From the NCBI GenBank assembly GCA_041687695.1, contig JAWLBL010000014.1, positions 64,001 to 128,000 on the forward strand: a stretch of 64,000 nt of DNA. Reading direction: 5' to 3'. This document shows, piece by piece, positions 33,388 to 43,033 of the stretch. Position 1 is the stretch's first letter. Each line of letters begins with the position of its first letter. The position numbers were made by a program, and so were the translations under genes. The stretch comes from Myxococcota bacterium (GTDB lineage Bacteria; Myxococcota_A; UBA9042; PHBI01; JAWLBL01). The notes under the pieces are model-generated. The model was not told the DNA's origin. It made no database searches and worked only from the letters and a program-made list of their open reading frames with translations.

Positions 33388-34953
33388 TCAGCGCCAGCGC
33401 ACCGCGCCCAGCTGCTGGGCCCAGGCGAAGTAGCGCTCGCGGCTCGCGACCCGCTCGCGCCGGGTCGGCATGCGCTCGATGAAGCCGCGACGCTGCGCCA
33501 GCGCCAGCAGCTCGGGCTGTCCGAACGGCAGGTTCATCCCCTTGTCGAAGGCGCCGCGCGGCAGCTCGACGGGCGGCAGCGCCGGCGGCGCCGGCCGCGC
33601 CGCGTCGGGCACGAGCTCCAGCGTCAGCGCGTCGGCGATGTCGCCCGCCAGGGCGGCGCGCTCGTTGAGCTGCGGAAGGTCGAACACGTCGCACAGCAGC
33701 CGCGGCACCGACGCGTGGTCCAGCACGGTGTGGCAGACGGCGCCGCGGCGCGCCAGCGGCCCCATCACCAGCGCCGGCACGCGGAAGCCCAGCTGGTCGA
33801 AGCCCTCGGCCGCGCGCGCGTCGCCCAGCGCCTTGGGCGGCGCCACGTGGTCGTGGAAGCCGCCGTGCTCGTCGTAGAACACCACCATCAGGCAGCGGTC
33901 CCACTGCGGCGACTGGCGCAGGGCCTCGTAGATCGACTGCACGAAGGCCTGCCCCTCGCGGATGTCGGCGGGCGGGTGGTCGTCGCCGCCGACGAAGCTG
34001 GGCTCGACGACGCACACGTTGGGCAGGGCGCCCGCGGCCGCGTCGATGAAGAACTGCTCCCAGGGGGCGGCGTTGTGCTGCTCGAGCGGCAGCGACTCCA
34101 GGGTCAGGGCGAAGTAGACGGGGATGTCGGCGTGGTAGTGGGCGTAGGTGTAGCCGTGCTGGCTCAGCAGGGTGTACGGGTTCGGCGCCGAGATCGGGCT
34201 CGAGTTGCCGAGGAGGCCTTCCGAGGTGGCGCAGTGGCTGTAGAAGCGGTTGGGCCAGGTCGGCGCCAGCAGCGAGGCGTGCCAGCGATCGCAGACGGTG
34301 AAGGCGTCGGCGAGGCCATAGAAGGCCGGCAGCTGCTCGCGCCCGTAGTAGGTCATGACGAGATCGAGCGGGCTCTCGGTGTCGTTCAGCTCGGCCAGCT
34401 CCTCCTCGAAGGAGCGCACGAAGCCGTCACAGGCGCCCTGGGCCCACTGGGCGAGGCACGCCTTGCGGCCGTGCGGCGGGTCGGGCTGAAGCGCGAACTG
34501 CTTGGTCTCGTGACGGATGGCGACAGCCTGGCCCGCGTGGGTCGGGTTCGACAGGCCGGCCACGAGGCCCTCGACGTCCTTGCGCCCCTCGAGCAGCGCA
34601 AGCGCCCCGAAGTAGTGGTCGAACGAGCGGTTCTCCATCTGCACGACGACGACCGTGTCGATGTAGTGCAGCGGGCTCGAGCCGTCGCCGCGCAGGGGCT
34701 GGAGGCCCGGCTCGGGCGGCGTCGTCTCGTCGAGCGACACGTCCGGCCCGTGGCCTTCGTCGGGCCCGCTGGCCGCATCCTGCTGGACGTCGTGCGCGTC
34801 GTCGGGACCGGCGTCGACGCCAGCGCTCGCGGCCTCCCCGTCACACCCCGGCAGCTGGCCCAGCACCGCCGCCGCTCCCGCCGCCGCCCCCACCCGCTGC
34901 AACCACTCGCGCCGGCTCAGCCCCTGGGCCCCCGGCTTGCGCTCGTCCGACAT
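33388..34953 (-). CDS. Phospholipase C/phosphoesterase family protein, Tat-exported (lipo)protein
   Basis: SRREWL Tat motif plus LPGC; MENRSFDHYFG, PTWPNR, DDHP, YDEHGGFHDHV, GFRVP. Confidence 0.9.
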   Translation of the reverse strand: MSDERKPGAQGLSRREWLQRVGAAAGAAAVLGQLPGCDGEAASAGVDAGPDDAHDVQQDAASGPDEGHGPDVSLDETTPPEPGLQPLRGDGSSPLHYIDTVVVVQMENRSFDHYFGALALLEGRKDVEGLVAGLSNPTHAGQAVAIRHETKQFALQPDPPHGRKACLAQWAQGACDGFVRSFEEELAELNDTESPLDLVMTYYGREQLPAFYGLADAFTVCDRWHASLLAPTWPNRFYSHCATSEGLLGNSSPISAPNPYTLLSQHGYTYAHYHADIPVYFALTLESLPLEQHNAAPWEQFFIDAAAGALPNVCVVEPSFVGGDDHPPADIREGQAFVQSIYEALRQSPQWDRCLMVVFYDEHGGFHDHVAPPKALGDARAAEGFDQLGFRVPALVMGPLARRGAVCHTVLDHASVPRLLCDVFDLPQLNERAALAGDIADALTLELVPDAARPAPPALPPVELPRGAFDKGMNLPFGQPELLALAQRRGFIERMPTRRERVASRERYFAWAQQLGAVRWR

Positions 34954-35199
34954 CGTCCCCTCCTGCCTACGGCGCCCCGAAGATAGCCCAAGCCGCCCGC
35001 TCGTGTGTGACTTGGCGGTGGCGGATCCGTCACTTCTGGCGCCCGGACCGCGCGCCATCCGCGCGCCGGCATGACCGCGAGGCGGCGGTTGTTGCTCTGG
35101 TAGCAGCCCGCCGTGCACGGCCCCGAGGCGCCCTCCGCCCTTCGGCTCGCTCGGGAACCGCCACGCCGGCTGTCACCCCGCCCTCCAGGAGCTCGCCCG

Positions 35200-36450
35200 A
35201 TGAAGCCACGCAGGTTGGCATCCTCCGCGCTGGCCCTCGCCGTCGTCCTCGGCGGCGCCGGCGTCCTCGCGACCCCGCCCGGCGATCCCGCCGCGGCGCC
35301 CATCGCCTCCGAGGCGACCGAGACCGCCAGCGACCGCCCCGCCGCGCCCGCGGCCCGCGAAGGCGACGTGCTCGAGGCCCGCGCCCCGGCCGACACCGTC
35401 GTGGCCATCATCGGCGAACGCCGCGTCACCCTCGCCGAGGTCGACGCCCTCGTCCCCGCCGACGCCCGGCGCTCGGTCGGCCGCTCGCCGCTCGGCCTGC
35501 ACCAGGTCCGGGGCGAGGTGCTCGACATGCTCGTCATGGAGATCCTGCTGCAGCGCCTCGCCGACCAGCGCGGCCTCGACGGCATCGACGCCCTGGTGCG
35601 CCGCGAGATCGACGACGCCGTCCCGCCGCCGAGCCACGCCGAGGTCCTGGCCTTCTACGAGGACAACCGCCACCGCATGCAGGGCCAGCCCTTCGAGGCC
35701 ATGCGCGACGGCCTGGTCCTGATGCTGCACGACCGCGCCAAGCGGCAGGCCTTCGCCGCCTGGATCGATCGCCTCAAGGCCGAGGCCGGCGTCCGCGTCC
35801 GCATCCCCGAGCCCCGCGTCCACGTCGACGCCGTCGGCCCCGCGCGCGGGCCCGCCGAGGCGCCGGTCACCATCGTGGTCTTCCTCGACTACGAGTGCCC
35901 GTTCTGCGCCAAGTCGTTCAAGGCCCTCGAGCTGGTCCAGCGCTCCTTCCCCAGCGATGTGCGCCTGGTCGTCCGCGACCTCCCCCTGCCCTCGCACCCC
36001 AACGCCGCCCGCGCCGCCGAGGCCGCTCGCTGCGCCGCCGAGCAGGACCAGTTCTGGGGGCTGTCGCCGCTCCTGTTCGCCGCGCGCCTCGATCTCACGC
36101 CCGTCACCACCCTGGCGCGGCAGGTGCGCGGCCTGGACGTCGCGGCCCTCGAGGCCTGCCTCGACAGTGGCCGCCACCGGGACGCCATCCGCAAGGACGT
36201 CGCCGCCGCCGAGCGCCTGGGCATCGACGGCACCCCGACCGTCTTCGTCAACGGCCGCGTGGTCGCCGGCGCCGTGTCGGTCGGGACCTACCGCACCATG
36301 GTCGACGAGGAGATGGGCCGGGTGCCGCTCAAGCTCGACGCCCCGCTCGAGGCCCGGGCCGCCACGCCGCCGCCCCCCCAGGCGGCCCCCGAGGCGCCGA
36401 CGCCGGCCGAACCGCCCGTGCCTACGCCCGCCGAGACCGCCGCCGACTGA
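35200..36450 (+). CDS. DsbA/thioredoxin-fold protein with SurA-N-like helical domain (paralogue 1)
   Basis: DYECPFC, RDLPL, AAEAARCA, GIDGTPTVFVNG; signal peptide. Confidence 0.88.
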   Translation: MKPRRLASSALALAVVLGGAGVLATPPGDPAAAPIASEATETASDRPAAPAAREGDVLEARAPADTVVAIIGERRVTLAEVDALVPADARRSVGRSPLGLHQVRGEVLDMLVMEILLQRLADQRGLDGIDALVRREIDDAVPPPSHAEVLAFYEDNRHRMQGQPFEAMRDGLVLMLHDRAKRQAFAAWIDRLKAEAGVRVRIPEPRVHVDAVGPARGPAEAPVTIVVFLDYECPFCAKSFKALELVQRSFPSDVRLVVRDLPLPSHPNAARAAEAARCAAEQDQFWGLSPLLFAARLDLTPVTTLARQVRGLDVAALEACLDSGRHRDAIRKDVAAAERLGIDGTPTVFVNGRVVAGAVSVGTYRTMVDEEMGRVPLKLDAPLEARAATPPPPQAAPEAPTPAEPPVPTPAETAAD

Positions 36451-36453
36451 CGC

Positions 36454-37227
36454 TCAGCCCGCGAGCAGCCGCCGCGCCGCCCCGTCGAGCGCGGCGTTGG
36501 TCGCCACCGCGTCGCCGCCGTGGATCGTGCGTCGGCCGGTCCAGTCCGTGAACCTGCCGCCGGCCTCTTCGACGATGGGCAGCACGGCGGCGCAGTCCCA
36601 GGCGTTCATCCGGGCGTCGACGGCCACCTCGGCGCGCCCCGTGGCCACCAAGACGTAGCCGTAGCAGTCGGCCCAGGTGCGCACCAGGCCGGCCTCGTCC
36701 GACAGCGCCGCCCAGCCGCCGGGCCGCGCCGCCGCCTCGCGCGGGTCCGTGACGACGACCAGCGCCTCGTCGAGCCGGTCGACACCCGAGACGCGGCAGG
36801 TGCGCCCGTTCCAGGTGCAGCCCAGGCCCTGCGCAGCGGCCACCACCTCGCCCAGGGCCGGCATCGAGACGACGCCGACCACCGGCTCGCCCTCGCGCTC
36901 GACGCCGACCAGCGTCCCGTACAGCGGCACGCCTTGCACGAAGGTCTTGGTGCCGTCGATGGGGTCCAGCAGCCACCGATACGGCGCGGCCCCGGCGCGC
37001 TCGCCGTGCTCCTCGCCCAGGATCGCGTGGTCCGGGAAGGCCCGCTCGACGATCTGCCTCATGACGCGCTCGGCGTCGCGGTCGGCGGCGGTGACCGGGC
37101 TGCCATCGGCCTTGCGCTCGGGCTCGAGGCGCTCGCCGAACCAGGCCAGGGTGCGGCGACCGCCGACCAGGGCGGCCTCGGTCGCGACGTCGAGCAGCTC
37201 GCGGAGGGGGACGTCACGGCGGGCCAC
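36454..37227 (-). CDS. hisN: Histidinol-phosphatase / inositol monophosphatase family
   Basis: KADGSPVTAAD, GEE, WLLDPIDGTKTF, WDCAA, EEAGG. Confidence 0.8.
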   Translation of the reverse strand: MARRDVPLRELLDVATEAALVGGRRTLAWFGERLEPERKADGSPVTAADRDAERVMRQIVERAFPDHAILGEEHGERAGAAPYRWLLDPIDGTKTFVQGVPLYGTLVGVEREGEPVVGVVSMPALGEVVAAAQGLGCTWNGRTCRVSGVDRLDEALVVVTDPREAAARPGGWAALSDEAGLVRTWADCYGYVLVATGRAEVAVDARMNAWDCAAVLPIVEEAGGRFTDWTGRRTIHGGDAVATNAALDGAARRLLAG

Positions 37228-37239
37228 GGGGCGCTCCTG

Positions 37240-38586
37240 TCAGAGGGTGAAGACGAGATAGTGCATCAGCTTCACGATGTCTTCAGTGGCCTGGGCGTCA
37301 TTGTGGAAGTTCGTGTAGATGACGCGGCCGGCCTCGGGGCCCGGCTTGTACGACAGGACCAGCGGGATCGTCGCGTTCAGCGGGTACTGCGAGAGCGGCC
37401 CCTGCACGACCTTGGCCTGGACGTGGACCATGGTTCCCGTCCCGGCGGCCTGCGGGGCGATCTGCGGCCCCTTGTCGATGTGCACCTGCAGGGTCTGCTT
37501 GCCCAGGTAGGCGGCCATCGCGCCGTCGAGGATCTCGCCGGTCAGCGACTGCTCCAGGAGCTGCTGCGGGCTGCCCTTTTTGTACATGTCCATCACGTCG
37601 TCCGACCCGAAGTACTCGATGGCGTCCGGGAACCCGTACTCGCCGTAGACCCAGGCGTAGTCGCTCATCCACAGCGATCCGCCGCCCTCGACGAACTGCA
37701 CGAGGTTGTCCATCACCTCGGGGTGATCCTGCGGCATCCAGCCGTTGTAGGTGCCGCAGGCCGCGAAGACGATGTCGTACTGGCCCAGGGCGATCGGATC
37801 GGCCAGCAGCGCGAGGATGGTCCCCTCGCCCTCGCCGGTGTCTTCGGGGGTGTAGAGATCGTAGCCGAAGCCCAGCTGCGCGACGATCCCCCCGAGATCG
37901 TCCCAGTTGCCGTCGAGCACGGCGATCTTCGTCTTGGTCGCCTGGAAGCACAGCTTGTAGGCGGCGCCGCTGGTGTCGGTGGTGTGGCCCGTCTTCACCT
38001 GCACCGCGGCCTGGGTCGAGAACGACCCCTTCTGGATGACCAGGGTGTGCTGGCCGCAGGGCACCTGGTCGAACTGATAGCGGCCGTCCTTGTCGCTCTT
38101 GACCGACAGCGTGATCGGCTTGCCGTCGCAGTCGAAGGTCTGGATCGTGACCTTGGCGTCGTTGACGTAGATCTGCTCGTTGGGCGCGCAGACCACGCCC
38201 TTGACGGCGCCGTAGCCGCAGGGCTCGCAGGTGCCGGTCGCGGGCGGCGTCTCGGGCTGAGCCGGCGCGTCGGTCGGGGGCGCGGTCGCGTCCTGGACGA
38301 CGTCCTCGGCGACATCGGCGACGTCCTCGACCATCGCGTCGTCGAGGCCCTTGCCGTCACCTTCGGCGTCGCCGCCGTCTCCGCACACGCCCTGCCCCCA
38401 GCAGTCCTGATCGCCGCAGTCGGTCCAGCCGTCTCCGTCGTTGTCCAGGCCGTCGCTACAGGCGGCCGCGCCGGCCTCCGTTCCCCCGGCCCCGCCGGTG
38501 GTCGCGTCCGAGCACGCCGCCGCCAGAGCCAGCCCCGCGGCGGCCAAGACCCACGCCCAACGCCCACTGACCGCGTCCCGCGCCAT
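37240..38586 (-). CDS. Lipoprotein with DNDGDG Ca-binding-like motif, carboxypeptidase-regulatory-like domain and GATase-like C-terminal domain
   Basis: LAAAC; CSDGLDNDGDGWTDCGDQDC; SDKDGRYQFDQVP; YDIVFAACG...FVEGGGSLWMSD...GRVIYTNFH. Confidence 0.7.
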   Translation of the reverse strand: MARDAVSGRWAWVLAAAGLALAAACSDATTGGAGGTEAGAAACSDGLDNDGDGWTDCGDQDCWGQGVCGDGGDAEGDGKGLDDAMVEDVADVAEDVVQDATAPPTDAPAQPETPPATGTCEPCGYGAVKGVVCAPNEQIYVNDAKVTIQTFDCDGKPITLSVKSDKDGRYQFDQVPCGQHTLVIQKGSFSTQAAVQVKTGHTTDTSGAAYKLCFQATKTKIAVLDGNWDDLGGIVAQLGFGYDLYTPEDTGEGEGTILALLADPIALGQYDIVFAACGTYNGWMPQDHPEVMDNLVQFVEGGGSLWMSDYAWVYGEYGFPDAIEYFGSDDVMDMYKKGSPQQLLEQSLTGEILDGAMAAYLGKQTLQVHIDKGPQIAPQAAGTGTMVHVQAKVVQGPLSQYPLNATIPLVLSYKPGPEAGRVIYTNFHNDAQATEDIVKLMHYLVFTL

Positions 38587-38719
38587 CGCCCACCTCGCCT
38601 CGTCTCGTCTCGTGCGGAAGCGCGGAGCCTAGGCCGAGCGCTCGTTCGGATCAAACCCTCCCGGCGTCCACGGCGCCGCAGCATCGTCCGCAGCGCGCGC
38701 GCCCCCCGCGCTCAGGGGC

Positions 38720-38776
38720 TTGCACGCTATCGCGCGATAGGGTAGACCATCGGCCGCCGCCCCTATCGGACGATAT
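38720..38776 (+). promoter_or_regulatory. sigma70-like promoter with two putative TetR operators
   Basis: TTGCAC-N17-TAGACC; perfect palindrome CTATCGCGCGATAG (38727-38740) in the spacer; second copy CTATCGGACGATAT (38763-38776). Confidence 0.65.
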
Positions 38777-38783
38777 ACCCGCC

Positions 38784-39509
38784 ATGGCCGAAGCCGACGT
38801 CCTGCAGCCCGCCGCCCCCGCCGCGACCAGCGCGCCGGCCGGGCTGCGCGCGCTCGTCGAGGCGCTGGTCGAGCCGCTCGCGGCCCGCCGCTTCGGCGAT
38901 CGGCACCGCGAGGTCCTGCTCGCCGCGATGCAGCTCATCGCCCAGCGGGGCTTCGCCGCCGCCTCCCTGCGCGAGCTGGCGCGCCGCGTACGCATCAGCC
39001 AGCCCAGCCTGTATCACTACTTCGACAGCAAGGAGGCGCTGATCGAGCAGATCGTCGAGGCCTACTCGGCCGAGCTCTTCGAGCCCCCCGCCGATCTCCC
39101 GCCCATCCGCTCGCTCGAGGACGCGCTGCGCTTCGCCATCGGCCGCGTCCGCGCGGTCTACGAGGACCCGCGCCACGCCGACTTCGTCCGCTTCATGTTC
39201 GCCGTCGCCATCGAGAAGCCCCGCTTCCGCGAGCTGCTCCGCGACCACTACACCGAGCGCGCCATCCGCCTGGTCGCCGCCCTCCTGCGCTGCGTCGCCG
39301 GCCCCGCCGATCTGCGCCCCCAGGACGCGACGCCGCTCGCCGAGCTGGCCATCAACGCCATCGTCCTGCGCCTCATCAACGAGCGCGTCCTGCGCCTCGG
39401 CTCCAGCGACGTGGACGACGACGCCTACGTCGAGTTCGTCATCGACACCGCCGTCCGCGGCGCACGCGCGCGCGCCGCCGCCCCAACGCCCCACCGCGAG
39501 GCCCAATGA
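38784..39509 (+). CDS. TetR/AcrR family regulator
   Basis: AAMQLIAQRGFAAASLRELARRVRISQPSLYHYFDSKEAL. Confidence 0.93.
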   Translation: MAEADVLQPAAPAATSAPAGLRALVEALVEPLAARRFGDRHREVLLAAMQLIAQRGFAAASLRELARRVRISQPSLYHYFDSKEALIEQIVEAYSAELFEPPADLPPIRSLEDALRFAIGRVRAVYEDPRHADFVRFMFAVAIEKPRFRELLRDHYTERAIRLVAALLRCVAGPADLRPQDATPLAELAINAIVLRLINERVLRLGSSDVDDDAYVEFVIDTAVRGARARAAAPTPHREAQ

Positions 39510-42232
39510 GCCCTCCCGATCCCCTCGAGCCCGCCCACGAAGGCACCGGCAGCCCCTTCTTCGCCGCCTGGGGCCGCGCCGTGCTGCGCTTTCGCCTCCT
39601 CATCCTGGCGCTCATCGTGGCCGCGACCGGCTTCATGGGCTACTCGGCCGCGACCCGGCTGGTGCTCGACAACAGCGTCGAGGCCTTCACCGCCAGCGAC
39701 TCGCGCGCCCACGCCGTGCTCGAGCAGCTGCGCGACCAGTTCGGCCGCGACGACCTCTTCCTGGTCCTGGTCGAAGGCGACGTCTTCTCGCTGCCCTACC
39801 TCGAGCGCCTGCGCGCGCTGCACGACGAGCTGGCCGGCCTGGATCTCGAGCTGAAGACCCTCGGCGAGCGCCGCTCGGACCGCGAGCGCAAGCGGGCCGA
39901 GCTCCGCGGCGACCTCGCGCCGGCCGTCGCGACCCCGGCGCCGACCGCCGCGCCCGGCGACGAGCCCGCGACCGCGCAGGTGGACGATCAGGCCTTCGAG
40001 GCGCCCTCCTTCGAGGACGACGCCTTCGCCCCGCCCGACTTCGACGACGGCGACGCCACCGCGGGCGCCGCCGACGCCTGGGGCGACGAGGCCGGCGGGT
40101 CCATCGTCGACGAGATCACCTCGCTCGTGAACGTCCGCCGCACCCGCGCCACCGCCGACGGCATCGCCGTCGGCAAGCTGCTCGACCCGTGGCCGGCCGC
40201 CGAGGCCCTGCCCGCCCTGCGCGACGAGGTCCTCGGCGACGCCACCCTGGTCGGCCAGGTGGTCGGCAAGGCGGGCCGCCACTCGGTCCTGGCCATCCGC
40301 ACCCAGTTCATGAGCGAAGCCGACTCGGCCAAGGTCTATCAGGCCGTCGTCGCCATCGGCGCCAAGCACGCCTCGGACGACTTCCGGGTGTCGGTCTCGG
40401 GCCTGCCGGCGATGAACGCCTCGCTCAACGCCCTGATGCTCTCGGATCTCCAGCGGATGATGGGCATCGCGCTGGGCGCCATGTTCCTGCTGCTGGTCAT
40501 CCTGTTCCGGCACCCCCTGGGCGTGGTCGGGCCGGCCGCGGTCGTCGTCGTCGCCGCCGTCTGGACCTTCGGGAGCATGGCCCTGCTCGGCTGGTCGATG
40601 ACCATGCTGTCCAACATCCTGCCGGCCTTCCTCATCTGCGTCGGGCTCGGCGACTCCATCCACCTGCAGTCGGTCTACCGCGACGCCCGCCGCCGCGGCG
40701 TCGCCAACCACGACGCCATCGTCCACGCCGTCGCCACCACCGGTCTGCCCATCCTCTTCACCACGATGACCACCATGGTGGGCCTGCTCAGCTTCCGCTT
40801 CGCGACCACCACCGCCATCGGCGAGATGGGCACGATGGGCGCCTGGGGCGTCTTCGTCGCCTTCCTGTGGTCCGTCGTGCTGCTGCCCATCGCTCTGAGC
40901 TTCAACGCGCGCAGCCTGCTGGGCGCCCGCGAGGCCGGGGCCCCGGACCTCATCGACGGCTTCCTCGAGCTGTGCGTCCGCCTGTCGGGCACCCGCTCGC
41001 TGCGCGGCGGCGAGGCCGGCTCGCCCGAGGTCGCGCGCCGCAAGCGACGCCTCGTCCTGCTGGTCGCCTTCGCCATCGGCGGCGTCGCCATCATGGGCGC
41101 CAGCACGCTCCGCGTGTTCCACAACCCGATGAACTGGATCCCCATCGACGACCCGGCCCGCGTCGCCTTCGACGAGGTCGACACGCACCTCGGCGGCACC
41201 TCCAGCGTCCAGCTGTTCATCGAGGCCGGGGGCGAGCGCGGGGTCAAGGACCTCGAGCTGCTGCGCGGCCTCGAGCAGCTGCAGGCCCACGTCCTGGCCT
41301 ACCGCGATCCCGAGTCCGGCGACGCCGTCATCGCCAACGCCACGGGCCTGCTCGACATCGTCAAGGAGACCCACCAGGCCCTGCACGGCGGCGCCGCGTC
41401 CGAGTACCGCCTGCCCGACACCCAGCAGGGCGTCAGCGACGCCTTCTTCATGTTCGAGAACGCGAGCCCCTCGCAGCTCAAGCGCCTCGCCTCGACCGAT
41501 CTGAAGCGGGCCCAGGTGACGTTCCGGGTCAAGTGGCTCGAGGCGACCGCCTATGGCCCGCTCACCGCGTACGTCAACGAGGGCGTGGCCCGCTTCATCC
41601 CCGACGGCGCCAAGGCCCAGGTCCAGATCACCGGCTCGGCCTACACCCTCTTCGAGGTCGTCTCGGCGCTCATCGGCGACCTCATCAAGAGCTTCGGCAC
41701 CGCCTTCCTGCTCATCAGCGCCATGATGATCCTGCTGCTGCGCGACCTGAAGCTCGGGCTCGTCTCGATGGTCCCGAACCTGCTGCCCATCGCCACCATC
41801 CTGGGCCTGATGGGCTTTGCCGGCATCCCCATCGACATGGGCAACCTGCTCATCGCCTCCATCGCCATCGGCATCGCGGTCGACGACACCATCCACTTCC
41901 TGCACCACTACCGTGAACACTACCGCGCCCACGGCGTCGTGGACGACGCCATCCGCTACTCGATGAACCACTCGGGCCGCGCGTTGGTGTCGACCAGCGC
42001 GGTGCTGGTCGTCGGCTTCTTCGTCTACCTCGCGGCCAACATGTACAGCCTGCAGCGCTTCGGCATGCTCATCGGCCTGACCGTCATCTTCGCGCTGATC
42101 TTCGACCTGGTCTTCGCCCCCGCGCTGCTGCGCACCGTGTTCAAGGACCGCCCCCGCGCCGCCCCCGGCGCCGACACGCCCACCGCCAAGACAGGAGCTC
42201 CCGATGTCGCTGGTTCCCCGCAAGCTGCTTAG
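39506..42232 (+). CDS. MMPL/RND family transporter (lipid-exporter type)
   Basis: Two RND repeats; GLGDSIHL and GIAVDDTIHFL motifs; acidic insertion in the first periplasmic loop. Confidence 0.92.
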   Translation: MSPPDPLEPAHEGTGSPFFAAWGRAVLRFRLLILALIVAATGFMGYSAATRLVLDNSVEAFTASDSRAHAVLEQLRDQFGRDDLFLVLVEGDVFSLPYLERLRALHDELAGLDLELKTLGERRSDRERKRAELRGDLAPAVATPAPTAAPGDEPATAQVDDQAFEAPSFEDDAFAPPDFDDGDATAGAADAWGDEAGGSIVDEITSLVNVRRTRATADGIAVGKLLDPWPAAEALPALRDEVLGDATLVGQVVGKAGRHSVLAIRTQFMSEADSAKVYQAVVAIGAKHASDDFRVSVSGLPAMNASLNALMLSDLQRMMGIALGAMFLLLVILFRHPLGVVGPAAVVVVAAVWTFGSMALLGWSMTMLSNILPAFLICVGLGDSIHLQSVYRDARRRGVANHDAIVHAVATTGLPILFTTMTTMVGLLSFRFATTTAIGEMGTMGAWGVFVAFLWSVVLLPIALSFNARSLLGAREAGAPDLIDGFLELCVRLSGTRSLRGGEAGSPEVARRKRRLVLLVAFAIGGVAIMGASTLRVFHNPMNWIPIDDPARVAFDEVDTHLGGTSSVQLFIEAGGERGVKDLELLRGLEQLQAHVLAYRDPESGDAVIANATGLLDIVKETHQALHGGAASEYRLPDTQQGVSDAFFMFENASPSQLKRLASTDLKRAQVTFRVKWLEATAYGPLTAYVNEGVARFIPDGAKAQVQITGSAYTLFEVVSALIGDLIKSFGTAFLLISAMMILLLRDLKLGLVSMVPNLLPIATILGLMGFAGIPIDMGNLLIASIAIGIAVDDTIHFLHHYREHYRAHGVVDDAIRYSMNHSGRALVSTSAVLVVGFFVYLAANMYSLQRFGMLIGLTVIFALIFDLVFAPALLRTVFKDRPRAAPGADTPTAKTGAPDVAGSPQAA

Positions 42233-43028
42233 CGCCCTGGCGCTGTCCGTCCTCGCCTTCGCCCCGACGGCCTCGGCCCTGCCGCCCGAGACGACCGACG
42301 CGCGCGCCATCATGGAGGCCGTCGAGGCCCGCGAGCGCGGCGACAAGTCCGTCGGCGTGATGAAGATGGTCATCAGCGACGGCGCCGGCGCCAAGCGCGA
42401 GCGCATCGTGCGCACGCGCAGCATGGAGTTCACGGGCGGGACGAAGACGCTGATGCTCTTCGAGAGCCCGGCCGACGTCCGCAACACCGGCCTGCTCAGC
42501 GTCGACTACGACGACGGCGCCAAGGACGACGACCAGTGGCTGTACCTGCCCAGCCTGCGCAAGACGACGCGCATCTCATCGGGCGAGAAGTCGGGCTCGT
42601 TCCTGGGGACCGACCTGACCTACGCGGACATGACCAAGCGCGACCCGAAGAACTACGACTACACGATGCTGGACGCGGACGCGAAGGTCGGCGACGAGGC
42701 CTGCTGGAAGATCGAGGCGCGGCCCAAGCACGCCAAGGAGCGCGAGGAGACGGGCTACGTCAAGAGCGAGATCTGGATCAGCAAGAGCAAGCTCCTGCCG
42801 CTGCAGACGCGCCTGTTCGTGCGCGAAGGCAAGAAGATCAAGCTCATCAAGTTCGACGCGATCCGACAGGTCTCGGGCCTGTGGACGCCGCACAAGATCA
42901 CGGCCTGGACGACCCGCGGCGGCAAGACCGAGTCGATGACCGTCATCGTCTACTCGAGCCTGAAGTACGGCGACCCCAGCGTCTCCGCGTCGGACTTCGA
43001 GCAGCGCCGCCTCGAGCAGGGGCTCTGA
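42204..43028 (+). CDS. Outer membrane lipoprotein-sorting (LolA-like) periplasmic protein
   Basis: Signal peptide; FESPADVRNTGLL, DDQWLYLPSLRKTTRIS, SFLGTDLTYAD. Confidence 0.9.
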   Translation: MSLVPRKLLSALALSVLAFAPTASALPPETTDARAIMEAVEARERGDKSVGVMKMVISDGAGAKRERIVRTRSMEFTGGTKTLMLFESPADVRNTGLLSVDYDDGAKDDDQWLYLPSLRKTTRISSGEKSGSFLGTDLTYADMTKRDPKNYDYTMLDADAKVGDEACWKIEARPKHAKEREETGYVKSEIWISKSKLLPLQTRLFVREGKKIKLIKFDAIRQVSGLWTPHKITAWTTRGGKTESMTVIVYSSLKYGDPSVSASDFEQRRLEQGL

Positions 43029-43033
43029 GGGTC

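Noticed and set aside
39425..42487. 1020-aa minus-strand ORF and similar long alternate-frame ORFs (6816-9284, 10814-13045, 20099-22834, 55742-58243, 61210-63585)
   Set aside because: Antisense shadows of well-supported genes in high-GC DNA
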